From an uncultured Verrucomicrobiae bacterium (GTDB lineage: Bacteria; Verrucomicrobiota; Verrucomicrobiia; Chthoniobacterales; Chthoniobacteraceae), in the NCBI GenBank assembly GCA_963769025.1, contig CAVYKI010000012.1, positions 1-64,000 on the forward strand: a stretch of DNA of 64,000 nt. Reading direction: 5' to 3'. The position numbers and the translations under genes were made by a program. Shown one piece after another: positions 54,721 to 64,000 of the stretch; within the stretch, counting starts at the first letter, position 1; every line of letters begins with the position of its first letter. The notes below the pieces were generated by a model. It was not told where the DNA came from, ran no database searches, and saw only the letters and a list, made by a program, of their open reading frames with translations.

Positions 54721-55761
54721 TAGCCTTTTTCGCCCCGGCAAATCCGCCAGACTTCGCGGGCCCGCGAGATGATCTGCTTCAGGACTTCGGGGGTCACCGC
54801 CTGCTTTGGGTCGTCGCCGATGCCCTTTGCCGGGCTGGATGTTGCACTCGATGCACAAGCCATCCGCACCATACGCGATGGCCGCCAGCGACGCGGCCGG
54901 GACATACATCGCTTTGCCGGTGGAATGCGACGGGTCCACGACGACCGGCGCCCATGAGCGCTCCTTGAGCAGCGGGACCACGCTTTCGTCCGGGTGGTTC
55001 CGGTAGCCATCGAGCCCCGGCTGCGTGCCGCGAGGGCAAAGCATCACGTTCGGGTTCCCGAATTGGACAATGTATTCCGCCGCCGAGATGAACTCCTGCA
55101 CGGACCCCATGTGCATCCCGCGCTTCAGCAGCACGCTCGTCTCCCGTCCGGCGATCGCCTGGCCGACCTGCCGGAGAAGGGCGTAGTTCAGCGAATTGCG
55201 CGTCCCGATCTGAAGGCAGTGCGCGCCTGCCTCGAGCGCGAGGTTGAGCTGTTCCTCGTCCATCACCTCGGTGTCCACGGGCAGGCCGGTCTGGCGGCTG
55301 GCCTCCATGAGGATGAGCAGCGCCTTCGCGTCGCCCTGGTAGCTGTAGGGATTCGTCCGCGGCTTCCACACGCCGCCGCGCAATGCATGCGCCCCGGCCT
55401 CCTTCACCGCGTGCGCGGTTTCGATGGTCAGGTTCGGGTTCTTCGGGTCGATCGTGCACGGTCCCGCGCAGAAAAACGGCTCCTTCCCCAGTTCGATCCC
55501 GCCGACCTTCACCCGGTGCGTCGAAAGGCTGGAACGGATGTCCATGAGCTTGTGCGGGCTTTGGATGCGATCCACGCGGTCCACGTACGGCAGTCCTTCG
55601 AGTTTGGTCACCATATCATCGTTTCGCTCGTCGCCGACGATTGCGTAAATGCACCGCTCCTGCCCCTTGATCACCATCACCTTGCTCCCATACGCCGTGA
55701 GGATGTCGGTCACTTCCTTGAGCTGCTCGTCGGAGAGCACGTTGACGTTGGGGATGATCAT
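54720..55761 (-). CDS. aroF: 3-deoxy-7-phosphoheptulonate (DAHP) synthase type I-beta with N-terminal regulatory domain; frameshift near 54830
   Basis: AGPCT, LRGGVWKPRTNPYSYQG, QIGTRN, LLKRG, GNPNVMLC.RG, VDPSH, GADGL. Confidence 0.92.
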
Positions 55762-55902
55762 GGCCGGAAAAAATGGGTCGCGAAGCTAGCCGTCCGCCGT
55801 GCAGCGGCAACGGTTTTCTTCCTCCGCCGCCGGCTCGCCGGACAAAAAAGACCCGTGGCAGGGCCGGGATCTGCTTTTTGGAAAGCCAAATCTCCTACTC
55901 AC

Positions 55903-56169
55903 ATGGCGCGACAAATCAAACTCAGCGGCCGCGAACTCGGCGTGATGCGCACCATCGGCTTCGGCCTCGGCATGCGGGGCTCGGAGATCCAGGAACGCAC
56001 CCAGATCGACCCCGAGGACCTCTGCGATCTCCTCAACACCCTCCTCGACGTCGGCTATCTCGAGACGACGACGATGAAGGAACGCATCCCTTTTCTCGAC
56101 TACCCGACAGAGCTCTTCGAGATCAATCCCAGCTACGCCTCCGACCTCAAGGTCGCGATGCGCCGCTAA
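55903..56169 (+). CDS. Small hypothetical protein, winged-helix-like (88 aa)
   Basis: MARQIKLSGRELGVMRTIGFGLG...LLNTLLDVGYLE; strongly host-like codons. Confidence 0.7.
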   Translation: MARQIKLSGRELGVMRTIGFGLGMRGSEIQERTQIDPEDLCDLLNTLLDVGYLETTTMKERIPFLDYPTELFEINPSYASDLKVAMRR

Positions 56170-57157
56170 GCACCGGCGCGACCGGGCCGTGCTCGGCGAA
56201 GAGCTGGCGGATCACATCCTCGACCGGCGGTTCCTGCACAGTCAGGTCCGTCACCGGAAAACGCCCCAGCACCTCGCGGCACACCTCCGTCGCCTTGGCA
56301 CGCGGCACGCGCAGCCGCACCGTGTGCGAAGTCTTTTCCACGATCTCGCCAAACGCCCCGAGGTCATGCGCCGCCGTGTCGCCAAACGTCAGCCCGAGGA
56401 TCTTGTGCGTCGCATAGCGCTCGATGACCCGCGCCAGCGGCCCATCGAAGAAAATCTTCCCGTGGTCGATGATGATCACCCGCGGGCACAGCGCCTCGAT
56501 GTCGCCCATGTAGTGGCTCGTGAGCATCGTCACGATCCCGTGGCCCTTGTTATACTCGCGGAGAAAATCGCGCACCTTCTGCTGCGAAGTCACATCCAGC
56601 CCGATCGTCGGCTCGTCGAGGAAGAGCACCTTCGGCGAATGGAGCAGCGCGGAAATCAGTTCCAGCTTCATCCGCTCGCCGAGGCTCAGCTCGCGCACCA
56701 TCACGTCCAGCTTGTCCTTCACATCCAGCATCTCCGTGAGCCCCCCCACCACGTCGCGGAACCGCTTTTCGTCGATGCCATAGATCGTCCGGTTCAACTC
56801 CAGTGACTCCCGCGCCGGCAGGTCCCACCACAGCGCATTCTTCTGCCCCATGAGGAGGGAAAACTGGCGCTTCAGCGCATCCTCGCGCTTCCACGGCACG
56901 TGGCCGAGCACGAGCGCGTCGCCGCTCGTCGGATGCAGCAGGCCGCTCAGCATTTTCAGCACCGTCGTCTTGCCCGCCCCGTTCGGCCCGAGGAACCCGA
57001 CGAACTCGCCCTCCTCGATCGAAAATCCCACGCCATCCGCCGCCCGCACCTCCTCGTAGTCGCGTTTGAAAAGCCCCCGCACCGCCCCCGCGAGCCCGGG
57101 GCGTTTCTTGTAAGTGCGGTAGATTTTCGTGAGACCGCTGGCAGTGATCGCGGGCAT
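56147..57157 (-). CDS. ABC-2 type exporter ATP-binding subunit
   Basis: Walker A GPNGAGKTT, signature LSLGE, Walker B LFLDEPTIGLD, H-loop TSHYM. Confidence 0.93.
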   Translation of the reverse strand: MPAITASGLTKIYRTYKKRPGLAGAVRGLFKRDYEEVRAADGVGFSIEEGEFVGFLGPNGAGKTTVLKMLSGLLHPTSGDALVLGHVPWKREDALKRQFSLLMGQKNALWWDLPARESLELNRTIYGIDEKRFRDVVGGLTEMLDVKDKLDVMVRELSLGERMKLELISALLHSPKVLFLDEPTIGLDVTSQQKVRDFLREYNKGHGIVTMLTSHYMGDIEALCPRVIIIDHGKIFFDGPLARVIERYATHKILGLTFGDTAAHDLGAFGEIVEKTSHTVRLRVPRAKATEVCREVLGRFPVTDLTVQEPPVEDVIRQLFAEHGPVAPVLSGASRP

Positions 57158-57460
57158 GCCCGCCAGTTACCGGAACGCGCCGCGCCAGCGCGAGGGGAAA
57201 TTTTCCCCGCCGCCCGCCAGGCACGAACCGTTTCCGGTTTGACTCAGCCCCCCGCCCCGCAACACTCCCCACCCATGACGCCTCCCCTCCCGCGTAGGCC
57301 GAGGAAAACGGAGCCCCGACTCGGTCCCCTCCGATGTTAGGCCTCTCCCCATGAACTTCAGCGAACGAGACCTGATTCAATTCCGGAAGGACGTCGAACG
57401 TATCCGGAGGCACGAAGCGAATCGTTTTTCCAGAGCCGGGTCGCCAGGAACCCAACCGAT

Positions 57461-57814
57461 ATGAACACCAAAAGAATAGTGCCTGACATCACATCGCACC
57501 GCATGGACGAGAGCCGGAAGTTTTATACGGAATTTCTCGGACTCGAGCTGGCGATGGACATGGGATGGATCCTGACGTTTGTATCGCCCAGCAATCCGAC
57601 CGCTCAGATCACGCTGATGCAGGCGCAGACGTCGGCCGTCCCGAATCCGAATGTATCCATGGAGGTCGAGGACGTTGATGCCGTGCACGCCAAGGCCGCC
57701 GCGCTCGGCCTGCCGATTGTTTACCCTTTGACGGACGAACCGTGGGGCGTTCGCCGGTTCTTCGTGAAAGACCCGAATGGCGCGGTGATCAACGTGATGA
57801 GCCATCGCCAATGA
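57461..57814 (+). CDS. VOC/glyoxalase family protein
   Basis: FYTEFLGLE...EVEDVDAVH...DEPWGVRRFFVKDPNG. Confidence 0.92.
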   Translation: MNTKRIVPDITSHRMDESRKFYTEFLGLELAMDMGWILTFVSPSNPTAQITLMQAQTSAVPNPNVSMEVEDVDAVHAKAAALGLPIVYPLTDEPWGVRRFFVKDPNGAVINVMSHRQ

Positions 57815-57853
57815 ACCGGCCTGACGCCGGGAGGTTCCCCGCGTCTCACTCGA

Positions 57854-58312
57854 ATGACACCTTATGAGCCACGCCCCATCCGGTTCCTCGACCTTTGGCG
57901 CGTGGACGACTGGCGCATCAAGCTCTACGGCATCGCCTACGCCCGTCCGCAGCCGCGTCCCGGGCTGGTGACGGCGGCCAGGCGCGTCGCATCGCAGCAC
58001 CTTCGCTCGTTGCCGGCCGGCCTCCGCCATTACCATCTCGGCTTTCTCGGCGTTCATGACGGCCGCACTTCCAACTTCGTCTTCCTCGACTTCTGGGCCG
58101 ACGAGAACGAACTCCATCACCATGTCTTCGTCTCGCCGGGTGCGCAGCCCGATCAGTTCACCTACGTCACGCCCACCGGCCTTTCGGCGTGCGTGTGGGA
58201 CCTGCGGCTCCAGGCATTCGAGCGCGACGCGTGGGTTGCCCACGTCTTGCAGCGCAGCGCGGCACCGGACTTCGACGGCTACCTCGCAACCACGCTCAAT
58301 GCCGATGTCTGA
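57854..58312 (+). CDS. Hypothetical protein
   Basis: 152-aa ORF with host-like codons (W.IKLYGI, GFL.VH.G, W..ENEL, ACVWDL...FER.AW). Confidence 0.7.
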   Translation: MTPYEPRPIRFLDLWRVDDWRIKLYGIAYARPQPRPGLVTAARRVASQHLRSLPAGLRHYHLGFLGVHDGRTSNFVFLDFWADENELHHHVFVSPGAQPDQFTYVTPTGLSACVWDLRLQAFERDAWVAHVLQRSAAPDFDGYLATTLNADV

Positions 58313-58472
58313 GCACGTGGAAACGAGCCGCGACCGGCACGGGGCGGGACGCGCTCACCACATTCCGAAAGGAAAGCGCGTCCGTGAGCGGGCGGCCCGA
58401 CGGCGCTTGCGCGTCGGAGCGGTTGCGCTACTTACTCCGGGATGACTCGGCCAATCCCCCGGTGGAGCAACG

Positions 58473-60278
58473 ATGAGCTATAAGCCGATCGAGTCGTATG
58501 GCGTGATCGGCGACCTGCACACGGTCGCCCTCGTGGGGATGGATGGTTCCATCGACTGGTGCTGCCTGCCGCACTTCGATTCGCCCAGCGTGTTTGGGTC
58601 GATCTTGGACGACGAGAAGGGCGGATTTTTCAAAATCGCGAGCATGTTCGAGTCCGAGCACAAGCAGATGTACCTGCCGGACAGCAACGTGCTGGTCACG
58701 CGATTCCTGAGCAAGGAAGGCGTGGGCGAGGTGGTGGATTTCATGCCGATCCACGATGCGGCGCGGGGCAAAAAGGTTCACCAGATCGTGCGGGTCGTGC
58801 GGGCGGTGCGGGGCGCGGTGCGGTTCCGCCTCGAATGCAGGCCGGCGTTCGACTTCGCCCGCAAGCCGCACGAGATCATCCTCGCCGGCCGGGGTGCGAT
58901 ATTCGAATCCGAGGGGATCAAGCTGTCCCTCGTCAGCAGGTTCCCGCTGGCGCGGCAAGGGGACGGCGTGGCGGTGGAGTTCGTGCTGCATCCGGGGGAG
59001 ACGTCCACTTTTCTCCTGCAACAACTCGAGGACGAGCACGACGACGAGCTGCTGGAGACCCGCATCATCGGCACGGAACTGCTGACGCAGACGCTGGAAT
59101 TCTGGCGGCGGTGGGTGAAGCAGATCAAATACAGCGGCCGCTGGTGGGAGATGGTGCACCGCTCCGCGCTCATGCTGAAGATGCTCACCTTTTCCCCGAC
59201 CGGTGCCATCGTCGCGGCACCGACGTGCAGCCTGCCCGAGGAGATCGGCGGCGTCCGGAATTGGGACTACCGCTACACGTGGATCCGCGACGCAGCATTC
59301 ACCCTGTACGCGCTGATCCGGCTCGGGCTCACGTCCGAGGCCGAGCACTTCATGGGCTGGCTGGAAAAGCGGATCATCGAGGGCGCAAAGAACGGCCCGC
59401 TCCAGATCATGTACGGCATCGACGGCCGGCACAGGCTGACGGAAGAAACGCTCGACCATCTCGACGGCTACCGCGGATCGCGGCCCGTCCGCGTCGGCAA
59501 CGGCGCAGCAGACCAGCTCCAGCTCGACATCTACGGCGAGATGATGGACGCGGTGTATCTTTACGACAAACACGCATCGCAGATCGGCTACGACAGCTGG
59601 AGCCACATCCGGAAAATCATGGACTGGGTGGCGGACAATTGGGAGCGGCCGGACGAGGGCATCTGGGAAGTGCGCGGCGGCCCACAGCAGTTCGTGTATT
59701 CCAAGGTGCAGTGCTGGGTGGCGCTGGATCGCGCGCTGCGGCTGGCGCAAAAGCACAGCCTGCCTCTCGACCACACGCGCCTGCTCACGGAGCGCAACCG
59801 CATCTACGAGGCGGTGATGAGCAAAGGCTACAACCCGAAACGCCGGACGTTCGTGCAGTACTTCGGCACCGACGCGGTGGATGCCTCGAATCTCATCATG
59901 CCGCTGGTGTTCTTCCTCTCGCCGACCGATCCGCGGATGCTCGGGACGATCGACCGCACGATGTCGGAGCTGATGTCCGACAGCCTCGTGCACCGCTACG
60001 AGATCGGGAAGGGCGCCGGCGACGGACTCACCGGCAAGGAGGGCACGTTCAACATCTGCACCTTCTGGATGGTCGAGGCGCTGACCCGCGCGGGACGGCT
60101 GGAGGAGGCGCGCTTCGTCTTTGAGAAAATGCTGACTTACGCGAACCACCTCGGCCTTTTCGCGGAGCAGACCGGGCCGTGTGGCGAAGCGCTCGGAAAT
60201 TTCCCGCAGGCATTCACGCACATCGGCCTGATCAGCGCGGCGTTCAATCTCGACCGCAAGCTGGGACGCGAGGATTAG
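58473..60278 (+). CDS. Glycoside hydrolase family 15 (glucoamylase/trehalase-like)
   Basis: [61 protein letters not shown]. Confidence 0.95.
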   Translation: MSYKPIESYGVIGDLHTVALVGMDGSIDWCCLPHFDSPSVFGSILDDEKGGFFKIASMFESEHKQMYLPDSNVLVTRFLSKEGVGEVVDFMPIHDAARGKKVHQIVRVVRAVRGAVRFRLECRPAFDFARKPHEIILAGRGAIFESEGIKLSLVSRFPLARQGDGVAVEFVLHPGETSTFLLQQLEDEHDDELLETRIIGTELLTQTLEFWRRWVKQIKYSGRWWEMVHRSALMLKMLTFSPTGAIVAAPTCSLPEEIGGVRNWDYRYTWIRDAAFTLYALIRLGLTSEAEHFMGWLEKRIIEGAKNGPLQIMYGIDGRHRLTEETLDHLDGYRGSRPVRVGNGAADQLQLDIYGEMMDAVYLYDKHASQIGYDSWSHIRKIMDWVADNWERPDEGIWEVRGGPQQFVYSKVQCWVALDRALRLAQKHSLPLDHTRLLTERNRIYEAVMSKGYNPKRRTFVQYFGTDAVDASNLIMPLVFFLSPTDPRMLGTIDRTMSELMSDSLVHRYEIGKGAGDGLTGKEGTFNICTFWMVEALTRAGRLEEARFVFEKMLTYANHLGLFAEQTGPCGEALGNFPQAFTHIGLISAAFNLDRKLGRED

Positions 60279-60281
60279 CCT

Positions 60282-60767
60282 ATGCCCGAGCCGCTCACCA
60301 AAGCCACGCAACCCGGCTACCTCGGAATTACGGTCTCCGAGTGGATCAGGGTCCTCCACAGCAGCGACCCGCTTGATCGCCGCCTCGCCACCCACGCCCT
60401 CGCGGAGCTCGCCCCAGACGCAATGGAAGCAGTGCCGGCCCTTCGCGCAACGCTCGACGACCCGGTCGCCTACGTGCGCGTTTGGGCCGCGGCCGCCCTC
60501 GCGCGGATCGATCCATCCCACAGCGAATCGCTCGCAGCGCTCATCGCGGGGACCCAGGAGAAGATTCCTTTCATCCGCAGCCTCGCCGCGTGGCACCTCG
60601 GTCGCCTCGGCCCGGAGTTCCCCGGCATCGAGCACTCGCTCGCAGCCGTCCGCAAAATGCTCGGCGACGAAAATCCGAGCGCGTGCACGGAGGCCCAACT
60701 GGCGCTCCGGAGCCTCGAAGGCAAGGGTGCCCCGCCTCTGGAACTGTGGTCGCTCTCGAAGGGCTGA
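60282..60767 (+). CDS. HEAT/PBS-lyase repeat protein
   Basis: AVPAL..TL.D...YVR..AA.AL repeats; starts 3 nt after the GH15 stop. Confidence 0.8.
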   Translation: MPEPLTKATQPGYLGITVSEWIRVLHSSDPLDRRLATHALAELAPDAMEAVPALRATLDDPVAYVRVWAAAALARIDPSHSESLAALIAGTQEKIPFIRSLAAWHLGRLGPEFPGIEHSLAAVRKMLGDENPSACTEAQLALRSLEGKGAPPLELWSLSKG

Positions 60768-60819
60768 CGCGATCCCGCCGGTGCAACAACGGGCACTGCA
60801 AACGCGTCCGCCGCCCGAC

Positions 60820-61443
60820 CTACTGCTCCTTCCAGCGCGAAAGCGAAGCGCGGAGGATTTCCCGGGCCCGGTGAAGTCGCGTTTCGACGGCCTTCCTCGT
60901 GCAGCCGAGCGCGGCGGCAATCTCCCCGTAGCCCAGGTCGTGATATTCAAAAAGGAGCACGGCGGTCTTGAGTTCGTGCGGCAGCGCGCGGATGTGCTCG
61001 CGGACGGCATCGGCAAGATCGTCGCGTTCGGCATTGGCCGCCGGAGTGTCCCCGGGCGCCGGGACGGTGTCAGCAAGGCTCGGCGCGCCTTCCTCGGCCT
61101 CCATGGTGACGGTGGGATGGTGCTCCCGCCAGCGCGCCTGGTTGCGGCAGAGGTTCGCGGCGATGGTGAAAAGCCACGTGGAAAATTTTCCGCGCGGCTC
61201 GTAGCTCTCGCGGTGCTCAAAGACGCGGAGAAACGCTTCCTGCGTGAGATCGAGGGCGTCCTGTTCGTTGCCGGTGTAGCGAAGGATGAAGCTCGCGAGC
61301 GGATGCTGCCAGCGCTCCATCAGCGCATTGAGCGCGAAATCGTCTCCGGCTTTCAGACGCAGCATCGCCTGAGCGTCCGGGTCGCCGTTTCCCGCGGGGT
61401 CGGGAGTGCGCGGGCGGGCGGGAGACTGGCCGGCCGGTTTCAT
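60820..61443 (-). CDS. ECF sigma-70 family RNA polymerase sigma factor
   Basis: A.DLTQE.FL, FSTWLFTIA.NLC, LP...K.AVLL......Y.EIA..LG....AVETRLHRAR. Confidence 0.93.
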   Translation of the reverse strand: MKPAGQSPARPRTPDPAGNGDPDAQAMLRLKAGDDFALNALMERWQHPLASFILRYTGNEQDALDLTQEAFLRVFEHRESYEPRGKFSTWLFTIAANLCRNQARWREHHPTVTMEAEEGAPSLADTVPAPGDTPAANAERDDLADAVREHIRALPHELKTAVLLFEYHDLGYGEIAAALGCTRKAVETRLHRAREILRASLSRWKEQ

Positions 61444-61716
61444 TTTTCGGGTTTCGAATTCAAGGTCTCAAGGCTCGTGCCGGGCTCGACAACCGGCGTC
61501 CGCAGACTTGCGGGGAACTCGCTGAAATCCAAGGGGTTCATGCCCACATTTTACACCGCCATTCCACGGATCTCCTGCATTTTCATCTGCCGCCACAACG
61601 CCGCGGTCCGGAGTAAAAAAGTCCGAGGGTTTGGCGGCGTCTCCGGGGTTTAACGGGTTAGCGACCGGTTCACGCCGGGCGTGGAAAGCAGTCGAAAACC
61701 ACAGCAACCAACTCCT

Positions 61717-62007
61717 ATGAAAACATTCACCAAGTTTACGATAATCGCCGCAGCCCTTGCAGCATTTGCGAGCAGCGGCGCGCTCGCACACGAGCGTTAC
61801 ATGGGGCAGCGCCTCGCGTGGCACTGGGTCCACGGTCAATACACGCCTTTGTACGTGCCCGATACTCCAAAGACCATCGCCGTCTATGCAGGTCGCACGG
61901 GCATGAGCGACCGGACCATGATGGATCGCGAAACGCCAAGATCGCGCTTCGTCTTCCGCTTCAACGCGCACGGCGACCGCACCGGTTTCTACGTGTTCGA
62001 CAAGTAA
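61717..62007 (+). CDS. Small exported protein (96 aa)
   Basis: Signal MKTFTKFTIIAAALAAFASSGALA; mature part rich in His, Met and aromatic residues. Confidence 0.7.
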   Translation: MKTFTKFTIIAAALAAFASSGALAHERYMGQRLAWHWVHGQYTPLYVPDTPKTIAVYAGRTGMSDRTMMDRETPRSRFVFRFNAHGDRTGFYVFDK

Positions 62008-62226
62008 GCAGTGTCCGACACGCGTAGGAGTAGGACTGTCCCAGCCGCCCATTGCAGGGCGGTTGGGCAGAATGGGATTTTGCATCGGCGCATGACGCCG
62101 GAGTGATGGCGGAGAGGTTTGGCTCCGAGGAGCGTCACGCGCCGGTCGTACGCCGCTTGCGTGGCGTTTTCAGGACAAAAGCAGCACGCCGTTGTTTCCA
62201 CTGAAATTTGTGCTAAACGGTGCGCC

Positions 62227-63063
62227 GTGCGTTTCGGCCACCTTTTTTCGATTCCAACCCTCGCGTTCCTTTTCTTTGCGAACCATCTGTCCGCCGCGAC
62301 CACGGTTCCATGCCAGTTCCGGGACGGCATGGTGTGGCTGAAAGTTGCCGTCGCGGGAAAGAGCGAGCCGCTGAATTTCCTGCTCGATTCCGGTGCCGGC
62401 GCAAGCGTGCTCGATCTGGCCGCCGCGGGACGCCTCGGGCTGAAACTCGGCGCCAGCCAGCACGTGCAGGGCGTCCACAGCCGCAGCGTCGCCTACCGCG
62501 TGGAAGGCTTCGCCGCCCGCACCGCCGGGGTGGAAATTCCCTCCTCGCTGCTCGCCATCGACCTGAGCGGGCCCAGCCGCGCGTGCCACCAGCGCATCGA
62601 CGGCCTGCTGGGAGCCGACTTCTTCCGCGACCACATCGTGCAGATCGACTACGCGGCGCGCGCGATCCGACTCTTGCAGCGCAGCGAAGTGAGCACCGAA
62701 GGCTGTGAAGTGCTCCCGCTCACGACTCGCAACGACGCATTTTGCGCGCGCGTCTCCGTGAATGGAAACTCCCGCGAATGGCTGCGCATCGACACGGGTT
62801 GTAGCACCGCGCTCGAATGGGTCGTGACCGGCGACCGGGCCAAAAAGCTCGGCCTCACCACGCTCGGCCTCAATCGCGGATCGGTGCGCGAAATCCAGAC
62901 GGACGTGCAACTCGGTGCGACACGCATCGCCTCCGTCAGGACCGGCGTCCACACCAGCCAGATGTTTGCCGACGAAGCGGGGCTGATCGGCAACGGCCTG
63001 CTTTCCCGCTTCACCGTCACCATCGACGCCGCGCGGCGCCGCTGCCTCCTCGGCCCCCGCTGA
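62227..63063 (+). CDS. Exported twin-domain retropepsin-like aspartyl protease
   Basis: FLLDSGA...DGLLG.DF and RIDTG...GLIG..LL.RF motifs; signal-like N-terminus. GTG start inferred. Confidence 0.85.
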   Translation: MRFGHLFSIPTLAFLFFANHLSAATTVPCQFRDGMVWLKVAVAGKSEPLNFLLDSGAGASVLDLAAAGRLGLKLGASQHVQGVHSRSVAYRVEGFAARTAGVEIPSSLLAIDLSGPSRACHQRIDGLLGADFFRDHIVQIDYAARAIRLLQRSEVSTEGCEVLPLTTRNDAFCARVSVNGNSREWLRIDTGCSTALEWVVTGDRAKKLGLTTLGLNRGSVREIQTDVQLGATRIASVRTGVHTSQMFADEAGLIGNGLLSRFTVTIDAARRRCLLGPR

Positions 63064-63124
63064 GCCCCCTCAGCGCCCAACCCTTTTCTTCCGGGTCACG
63101 GCAGATTTGCCTCCGCCGTGAGGC

Positions 63125-64000
63125 CTACTTCAGCCAGCCGATGATGTCCTCGCGCAGCTTGGCGGCGTCCTTGTCGAGGAGGTACATCATGTGGCCGCTG
63201 TCGTAGGTTTTGATGGTGATGTTCGCGCGAAGGCTGTCGGGGATGGGGAGGTGGTTCAGCGAGTAGTTCATCGCGTCGGGCGGGACGGCGAGATCGCGCA
63301 GGCCCTGGCAGACGAGGACGCGGAGGAGCGGATTCGTCTTCATCGCATCGGCGAGGCGCGGCTCGAGGCTCGCGTAGCGGTTCGAGAAGCGGGAGTAATT
63401 CCACGGCAGCCCGGCGAGGATGCGGTAGGGCTGGTCGTTTTCGTAGCCGAGCACGCCGCGCGTGTAGGCGTTCGCCGCGGCGCTGAACGGGCCGACGATG
63501 AAGGTGTAGCTCGGGTCGAATTCCGGGCGCGGATCGGACGGGTCGGCATCCTCGGCGACGACGCGGCCATCGAAGCGGCCGATGATTTTTCCCTCCTTCT
63601 TCAGCAGCGCCTTGCGGAACGCGCTCGGCGAGACACGCAGGTCGTTGTCCTCGACGAGCTGCTGCGGGAGGCCGGTGAAGCGCGCGAGTTTCCCGGCGAT
63701 GGCGCGGCGTTCGTCCGCGGGCAGCGTGCTGCCTTTGAGCAAAGCGGTCGCGTATTCGCCGAAGGCAAACGTGCGGACCTCGGCGAGCGTCTTGTCGAGG
63801 TTCGCGGAAAGTTCGGGCGCGAGCTTGCCGTGGAACGCGGCGGTGGCGGTGAGCGTCGGCAGGAAGCAGAGGAAGGGCAGATCGTTCGCGGTGTCGGGGC
63901 CGAGCGTCTGGAAGTTGAGCAGGCCGCTGACGATGATTACGCCGTTCAGATACATGCCGTGTTTGCTTTGCAGGAAATCCGCGAGGCCCGCGGCGCGGAT
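63125..64000 (-). CDS. Peptidase S10 serine carboxypeptidase (5' part outside window)
   Basis: GMYLNG.I.VS, IGRFDGR, DPS, NP.LRVL...G..DL..P, Y.SGHMMY. Confidence 0.9.
   Translation of the reverse strand: MRAAGLADFLQSKHGMYLNGVIIVSGLLNFQTLGPDTANDLPFLCFLPTLTATAAFHGKLAPELSANLDKTLAEVRTFAFGEYATALLKGSTLPADERRAIAGKLARFTGLPQQLVEDNDLRVSPSAFRKALLKKEGKIIGRFDGRVVAEDADPSDPRPEFDPSYTFIVGPFSAAANAYTRGVLGYENDQPYRILAGLPWNYSRFSNRYASLEPRLADAMKTNPLLRVLVCQGLRDLAVPPDAMNYSLNHLPIPDSLRANITIKTYDSGHMMYLLDKDAAKLREDIIGWLK

Noticed and set aside
57336..57342. GTTAGGC as an integron attC/attI core site before small genes
   Set aside because: No matching RYYYAAC inverse core, no repeated attC sites and no integrase in the window.
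58428..61220. 930-aa minus-strand ORF
   Set aside because: Antisense shadow of the GH15 and HEAT genes.
62040..62067. GC hairpin after the small exported protein as an intrinsic terminator
   Set aside because: The stem is real but has no adjacent U-tract, so function is unsupported.
1..64000. Frameshifts in many genes (redoxin, kinase, KS, pilins, TPR, DUF1552, PAP2, Ahb-like, giant proteins, nuoB, aroF) as pseudogenisation or programmed frameshifting
   Set aside because: They are scattered small indels that also hit nuoB, with no other decay or evident slippery-site structure. Long-read sequencing error is the simplest explanation; confirm by polishing.

Overview
High-GC bacterial chromosomal window. 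The PEP-CTERM protein, DUF1552, TPR-redoxin fusion, PATR-like repeats and pseudopilin cassette suggest Verrucomicrobiota or another PVC lineage (inference only). Many genes, including nuoB, are broken by single-base indels, most likely uncorrected long-read errors, so I joined the fragments into single CDS calls. Housekeeping genes: nrdR, mpl, tyrS, nuoB, nuoC, infA, CBS-type ppaC, aroF, a HIT hydrolase and a fused AhbAB-like siroheme decarboxylase. Most notable accessory elements: (1) an 11.3-kb translationally coupled operon of three giant paralogous exported, membrane-anchored proteins of unknown function (35229-46551), one with a GTAG-type REP doublet read in frame in its signal-peptide region; (2) a coupled operon of an ICMT-family methyltransferase, a FabF-like ketosynthase whose catalytic Cys is Ser, and two sensor histidine kinases (3282-9300), a candidate lipid-signal synthesis and sensing module; (3) a three-gene pseudopilin cassette behind a sigma54-type promoter; (4) an intact IS5-family element inserted in the aroF stop codon; (5) a ~2070-aa exported TPR protein. 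I saw no rRNA, tRNA or CRISPR array.
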